From the NCBI GenBank assembly GCA_030390025.1, contig JASTWF010000760.1, positions 124,001 through 188,000 of the forward strand: a stretch of DNA of 64,000 bases, read 5' to 3'. Positions 59,046-64,000 of this stretch are shown piece after piece. A program made the position numbers and the translations under genes. This DNA comes from Squalus acanthias (lineage: Eukaryota). The notes below the pieces were generated by a model, which was given only the letters and a program-made list of their open reading frames with translations, was not told the origin of the DNA and did no database searches. Positions within the stretch are counted from its first letter, which is position 1; every line of letters begins with the position of its first letter.

Positions 59046-60298
59046 TATATCCTTTTTCAATTTCCCCCACTCTCTGTATTCTCCTGGTTTTTGACTGTAT
59101 TCTGTACCTGACATTTGTCGTAAACCTCCTTTTTCTGTTTTATTCTAACCTCTATATCCTTTGTCATCCAGGGAGCTCGAGCTTTGGACGCCCCATCTTT
59201 CCTCCTTATGGGAATATGCTTGGTTTGTACCCGGTGTCAAATTTTGTTTTATAACGCTCCCGTGAAGCGCGTTGGGACTTTTTACTACATTAAAGACGTT
59301 ATATAAATACAAGTTGTTGTTATTGTCTGAAACTAACAAATTCCACAGAGGAAAAATAACAGTATTTTTACTCCCAAATATTAAATATTTTGTTCCACGA
59401 GGTTTAACTGCTTTTATTCATGAATTTAAAAAGTCTGTATTAAAATCTGAGCCAGTGTGTTGTGAGACAAAGAGCCTTGTGTCCAATAAGGGGAATAAAG
59501 GCCCACAGCCTCCCCTGGCCCCTGGCCCCTGAACAAGGGACTGGAGAAATCTTTTTATTCAAATACAATAATACTTATACAACTCATCAATTACATATTA
59601 AATCCATTACATTCATCCATCACAGTAAAAAATAAAGCCTTAAAAACAGCCTAATAGTTAATATAAATGCAATGATTAATTTTACAAATAATCAATAATG
59701 TTTACAGTACAAATACCCTTAAACAATACCACACAACTTTTTAGATTTAAAATAATAAATCTCAGTTAACTCCACATAAAACAAAAACCATTTCAACACC
59801 ACAGTGTACAAACACACAGCACCATCATAATCCAATTAAATGCTACAGATAACACTTATTCCAATAAACCAAGAAAAAACCCGTTTTACGCCAGTCCTAC
59901 TGGCATTGTTCGTTCGATCATTCGATCAATCATTCAATTGTTCGTTCGATCGAGCGTAAGTTCCAATATGTATGTATGAGTGCGTGCGTGCGTATCATTT
60001 GTCTAAGTGCGCGCCTGCGTGCGTTCGCTCGAATCGTTCGTTCTATCACTGCACAAGTTCGTTCGTTCGATCGAGTGTAAGTTCCAATATGCATGAAAGC
60101 GTTCGTTCAAATCGTTCGTCCGTTCGTTCACTCGAGCGTCCATTCGTTCAATAAATTACCAATATTAATTTACTTTATCTTTTCAAACACACCAACACTA
60201 GACAATAACCTCAAAGTAAATTCCTACATAACCACCAATACATCATCATGTGCAAATTCCCACAGTCCTTATCAGAAAATCAATTAAGCTTCAAGTAA

Positions 60299-60963
60299 GT
60301 GTGATCTCCTCTACATTGGGGAGACCAAACGCAGATTGGGTGACCGCTTTGCGGAACACCTCCGTTCAGTCCGTAAGGGTGACCTCGAGCTTCCGGTCGC
60401 TTGTCATTTTAATTCACCTCTCCACGCCCACTCAGACCTCACTGTCCTCGGCCTCGTGCATTGTTCCACGGAAGCTCAGCGTAAGCTTGAGGAACAGCAC
60501 CTCATCTTTCGTTTAGGCACTTTACAGCCTTCAATTTCAGATCATAACCTCGGCCCCCACCACATACATACATACATACATACATATACACACACATACA
60601 TTTTATCCACCCTTTTGGTCCGTGCCTTTTTCCTTTTTTTTCTCCCTCTCCCCCTACGGCAGCTGTCTCTCATTCTGCCAGCATTTCACACTTCACCTTT
60701 TGTTTCTTAAACCTGACCCATTACCATCTCGTCTTGCCTTGAGCATCTCTTAATGTCTCTACTTACCAGAGTTATCCCCGAGCCTCCCCCTTGCATTTTT
60801 ATCTGTTTCATTTCCTGCTCTTTTCTCAGTTCTGACGAAGGGTCTTCGACCTGAAACGTTAACTCTGTGTTTCTCTCTCCACGGATGTTGCCTGGCCTGC
60901 TGAGTTTTTCCATCGTTTTCTGTTGTTGTTTCAATTTCCAGCATCCGAAGTATTTTGCTAACG
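60299..60963 (+). mobile_element. Penelope-like insertion with a 14-bp TSD
   Basis: GIY-YIG remnant (LYIGETKRRLGDRFAEH); TAAGCTTCAAGTAA at 60285-60298 and 60964-60977; hammerhead motif at 60827-60865. Confidence 0.85.
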
Positions 60964-61674
60964 TAAGCTTCAAGTAAACTGCTTTCAAACAGAAAACCTG
61001 AAACCTTCCCAACAAAACAATTAAATACCAGTTCTACACCAGTCCTATTGGCAATCCATTAACTCATATCATTTGATGTTGTCGAACCATGTAAAGTCAT
61101 AGTCCTTGTCCACAGTCTTCAGCCCTTCCACGGAAAAAGAAGCCATCCACTTCCTGAAATCCCGTAAAAAGACCGAACCCTCAAATCTTCTTCTGCTTGC
61201 TGTTATCGCTCACAGGACCCAACCATCAAAGAATACTCATCATTCCTCACCGATATTACTTTGCTTGGTTTTTACTTTCCTTTTATTTTCCGTCTTTTAA
61301 CCATTCACATTTTCCATCTTGTAACCGCTCACGCGCCACATTACAGATGGAAACAGTTTGTCTTTCCTCCACCAATATGGCGTCGCATAAACCGGTCCCA
61401 TGACCAAGAAAAAGCCTCACAGCTGCCGCCGGACAGAGCACATGCTGGGCCGCTGGAACTCATTCAGGCCCGAGACCATTCTGCAACTTTTAGAACCAGT
61501 GCAGCAATGCTCACCAACCGCATCTCCCGACTCCACCTCTGCCGACCAGCCACTCCACCCTGAGTCCACCGCCTGGGGCTCTCCGTGCTGGGTCTCCCGC
61601 TCAGGCCACTCTCCTCTGGATCTTCCACACTGGGCCCTACGCCCCGGCCCCTCTGTGCTGGAGTTCCCCACGAG

Positions 61675-63043
61675 CAGCTGGGCCTCTCGCTATCGCCCCG
61701 GCCTCTCTGCACTGGCAGCTGGGCCTCTCGCTATCGCCCTGGCCCCTCCACACTGGCAGCTGGGCCTCTCGCTATCGCCCCGGCCCCTCTGCACTGGCAG
61801 CTGGGCCGCTCGCTATCGCCCCGGCCCCTCTGCACTGGCAGCTGGGCCTCTCGCTATTACCCCGGCCCCTCTGCACTGGCAGCTGGGCCTCTCGCTATGG
61901 CCCCGGCCCCTCCGCACTGGCAGCTGGGCCTCTCGCTATCGCCTCGGCCCCTCCGCACTGGCAGCTGGGCCTCTCGCTATGGCCCCGGCCCCTCCGCACT
62001 GGCAGCTGGGCCTCTTGCTATTACCCCGGCCCCTCTGCACTGGCAGCTGGGCCTCTCGCTATCGCCCCGGCCCCTCTGCACGGGCAGCTGGGCCTCTCGC
62101 TATCGCCCCGGCCCCTCCGCACTGGCAGCTGGGCCTCTTGCTATCGCCCCGGCCCCTCCGCACTGGCAGCTGGGCCTCTCGCTATCGCCCTGGCCCCTCT
62201 GCACGGGCAGCTGGGCCTCTCGCTATGGCCCCGGCCCCTCCGCACTGGCAGCTGGGCCTCTCGCTATCGCCCCGGCCCCTCTGCACGGGCAGCTGGACCT
62301 CTCGCTATCGCCCCGGCCCCTCCGCACTGGCAGCTGGGCCTCTCGCTATCGCCCCGGCCCCTCCGCACTGGCCGCTGGGCCTCTCGCTATCGCCCCGGCC
62401 CCTCCGCACTGGCAGCTGGGCCTCTCGCTATCGCCCCGGCCCCTCCGCACTGGCAGCTGGGCCTCTCGCTTTCGCCCCGGCCCCTCCGCACTGGCAGCTG
62501 GGCTTCTCGCTTTCGCCCCGGCCCCTCCGCACCGGCAGCTGGGCCTCTCGCTGTCGCCCCGGCCCCTCCGCACCGGCAGCTGGGCCTCTCGCTGTCGCCC
62601 CGGCCCCTCCGCACTGACAGCTGGGCCTCTCGCTGTCGCCCCGGCCCCTCCGCACTGACAGCTGGGCCTCTCGCTGTCGCCCCGGCCCCTCCGCACTGGC
62701 AGCTGGGCCTCTCGCTATCGCCCCGGCCCCTCCGCACTGGCAGCTGGGCCTCTCGCTGTCGCCCCGGCCCCTCCGCACTGGCAGCTGGGCCTCTCGCTGT
62801 CGCCCCGGCCCCTCCGCACTGGCAGCTGGGCCTCTCGCTGTCGCCCCGGCCCCTCCGCACTGGCAGCTGGGCCTCTCGCTGTCGCCCCGGCCCCTCCGCA
62901 CTGGCAGCTGGGCCTCTCGCTGTCGCCCCGGCCCCTCCGCACTGGCAGCTGGGCCTCTCGCTATCGCCCCGGCCCCTCCGCACTGGCAGCTGGGCCTCTC
63001 GCTATCGCCCCGGCCCCTCCGCACTGGCAGCTGGGCCTCTCGC
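61675..63043. repeat. 41-bp GC-rich minisatellite, ~33 copies
   Basis: Unit ggcagctgggcctctcgctatcgccccggcccctccgcact. Confidence 0.96.
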
Positions 63044-63290
63044 CTACACCGGGAGTTGAATCAAGATGACGGCCGTTAGTCTGGGCTGTGACCGGGAGAA
63101 GCCCCGAAGCTGCAAACGCGGGACCTTCAGGGTAATATTCGGGGCGTCCGGCCTACACCAGTTGTTTATGAAGCCTATCCGCTCACCCTCGGACTATTAC
63201 TCCACTCCGTCCGGCCGCTTCTCACCGATTTATCAGGTGAAGGCCCACAGCCTCCCCTGGCCCCGTGCCCTGAACAAGGGACTGGAGAAA

Positions 63291-64000
63291 TAACAACAGA
63301 AAACGCTGGAAAAACTCAGCAGGCCAGGCAGCATCCGTGGAGAGAGAAAGAGAGTTAACGTTTCAGGTCGATGACCTTTCATCAGAACTGTGAAGAGCCG
63401 GAAATCAAATAGATTTAAGGCCAGAGTAAAGCTGGGAAAAGGGGGAGGGGATAAAGGAACAAAGGGGGAGATGAAGAGACATTAAGAGACATTAAGAGAT
63501 ATGCAAGGCTAGAGGTGGTGTTAATGTAACAGATTAAGGCTGAATGAAGTGTGAAATCCACTGGCAGAATGAAGGACAGCTGCCAGCTTCTAGGAGGAAA
63601 AAAAAAAGGTGGGGGGGGGCAAATAAAAGGGTGGAAAAAATAAAATATAAATGTGATTGGAGCTGAGGTTATGATCTGAAATTGTTGAACTCGATATTGA
63701 GTCCAGAGGGCTGTAGCGTGCCTAAACGAAAGATGAGGTGCTGTTCCTCGAGCTTACGCTGCGCTTCCGTGGAACAGTGTAATAGGCCGAGGACGGTGAG
63801 GTCAGAGTGGGAGTGAAGCGGTGAATTAAAGTGACAGGCCACCGGGAGCTCGGGGTCCCCCTTACGGACTGAACGGAGGTGTTCCGCAAAGCGGTCACCC
63901 AATCTGCGTTTGGTCTCCCCAATGTAGAGGAGACCACATCGTGAGCAGCGAATACAGTATACTAAATTGCAGGAAGTACAAGTAAATCGCTGTTTCACCT
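63291..64000 (-). mobile_element. Penelope-like element 3' part (GIY-YIG endonuclease), running off the window
   Basis: NLVYCIRCSRCGLLYIGETKRRLGDRFAEH...GLN; hammerhead motif at 63390-63352. Confidence 0.88.

Noticed and set aside
61400-63024. Long Pro/Gly/Arg-rich ORFs
   Set aside because: Artefacts of the stop-poor 41-bp GC-rich minisatellite

Overview
Vertebrate genomic DNA, almost certainly from a cartilaginous fish (HE1 V-SINEs, SacSINE1-type SINEs, shark-type CR1 LINEs). The first ~14.6 kb is the edge of a T-cell receptor alpha/delta variable-gene region. It holds five V exons, each ending in a 23-bp-spacer RSS, in mixed orientation (-,-,-,+,+), plus two orphan leader exons cut off by LINE insertions and CTCF-like motifs just past several RSSs. 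The rest is a cluster of five C2H2 zinc-finger genes/pseudogenes with no recognisable KRAB domain, built from duplicated cassettes and embedded in CR1/L2/Penelope elements, SINEs and five non-coding minisatellites. Three observations stand out. (i) A young CR1 with an intact ORF2 is flanked by a ~2.2-2.4 kb direct duplication that looks like a giant target-site duplication and copied a ZNF gene; the fingers of the two copies have since been reshuffled. (ii) A 53-finger ZNF contains a homogenised array of 38 Cys-rich, acidic 84-bp fingers whose main variation avoids the canonical DNA-contact positions. (iii) Several minimal hammerhead-ribozyme motifs lie in Penelope-derived sequence, one on the sense strand upstream of a ZNF exon. 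All calls are by eye; no database search was run.
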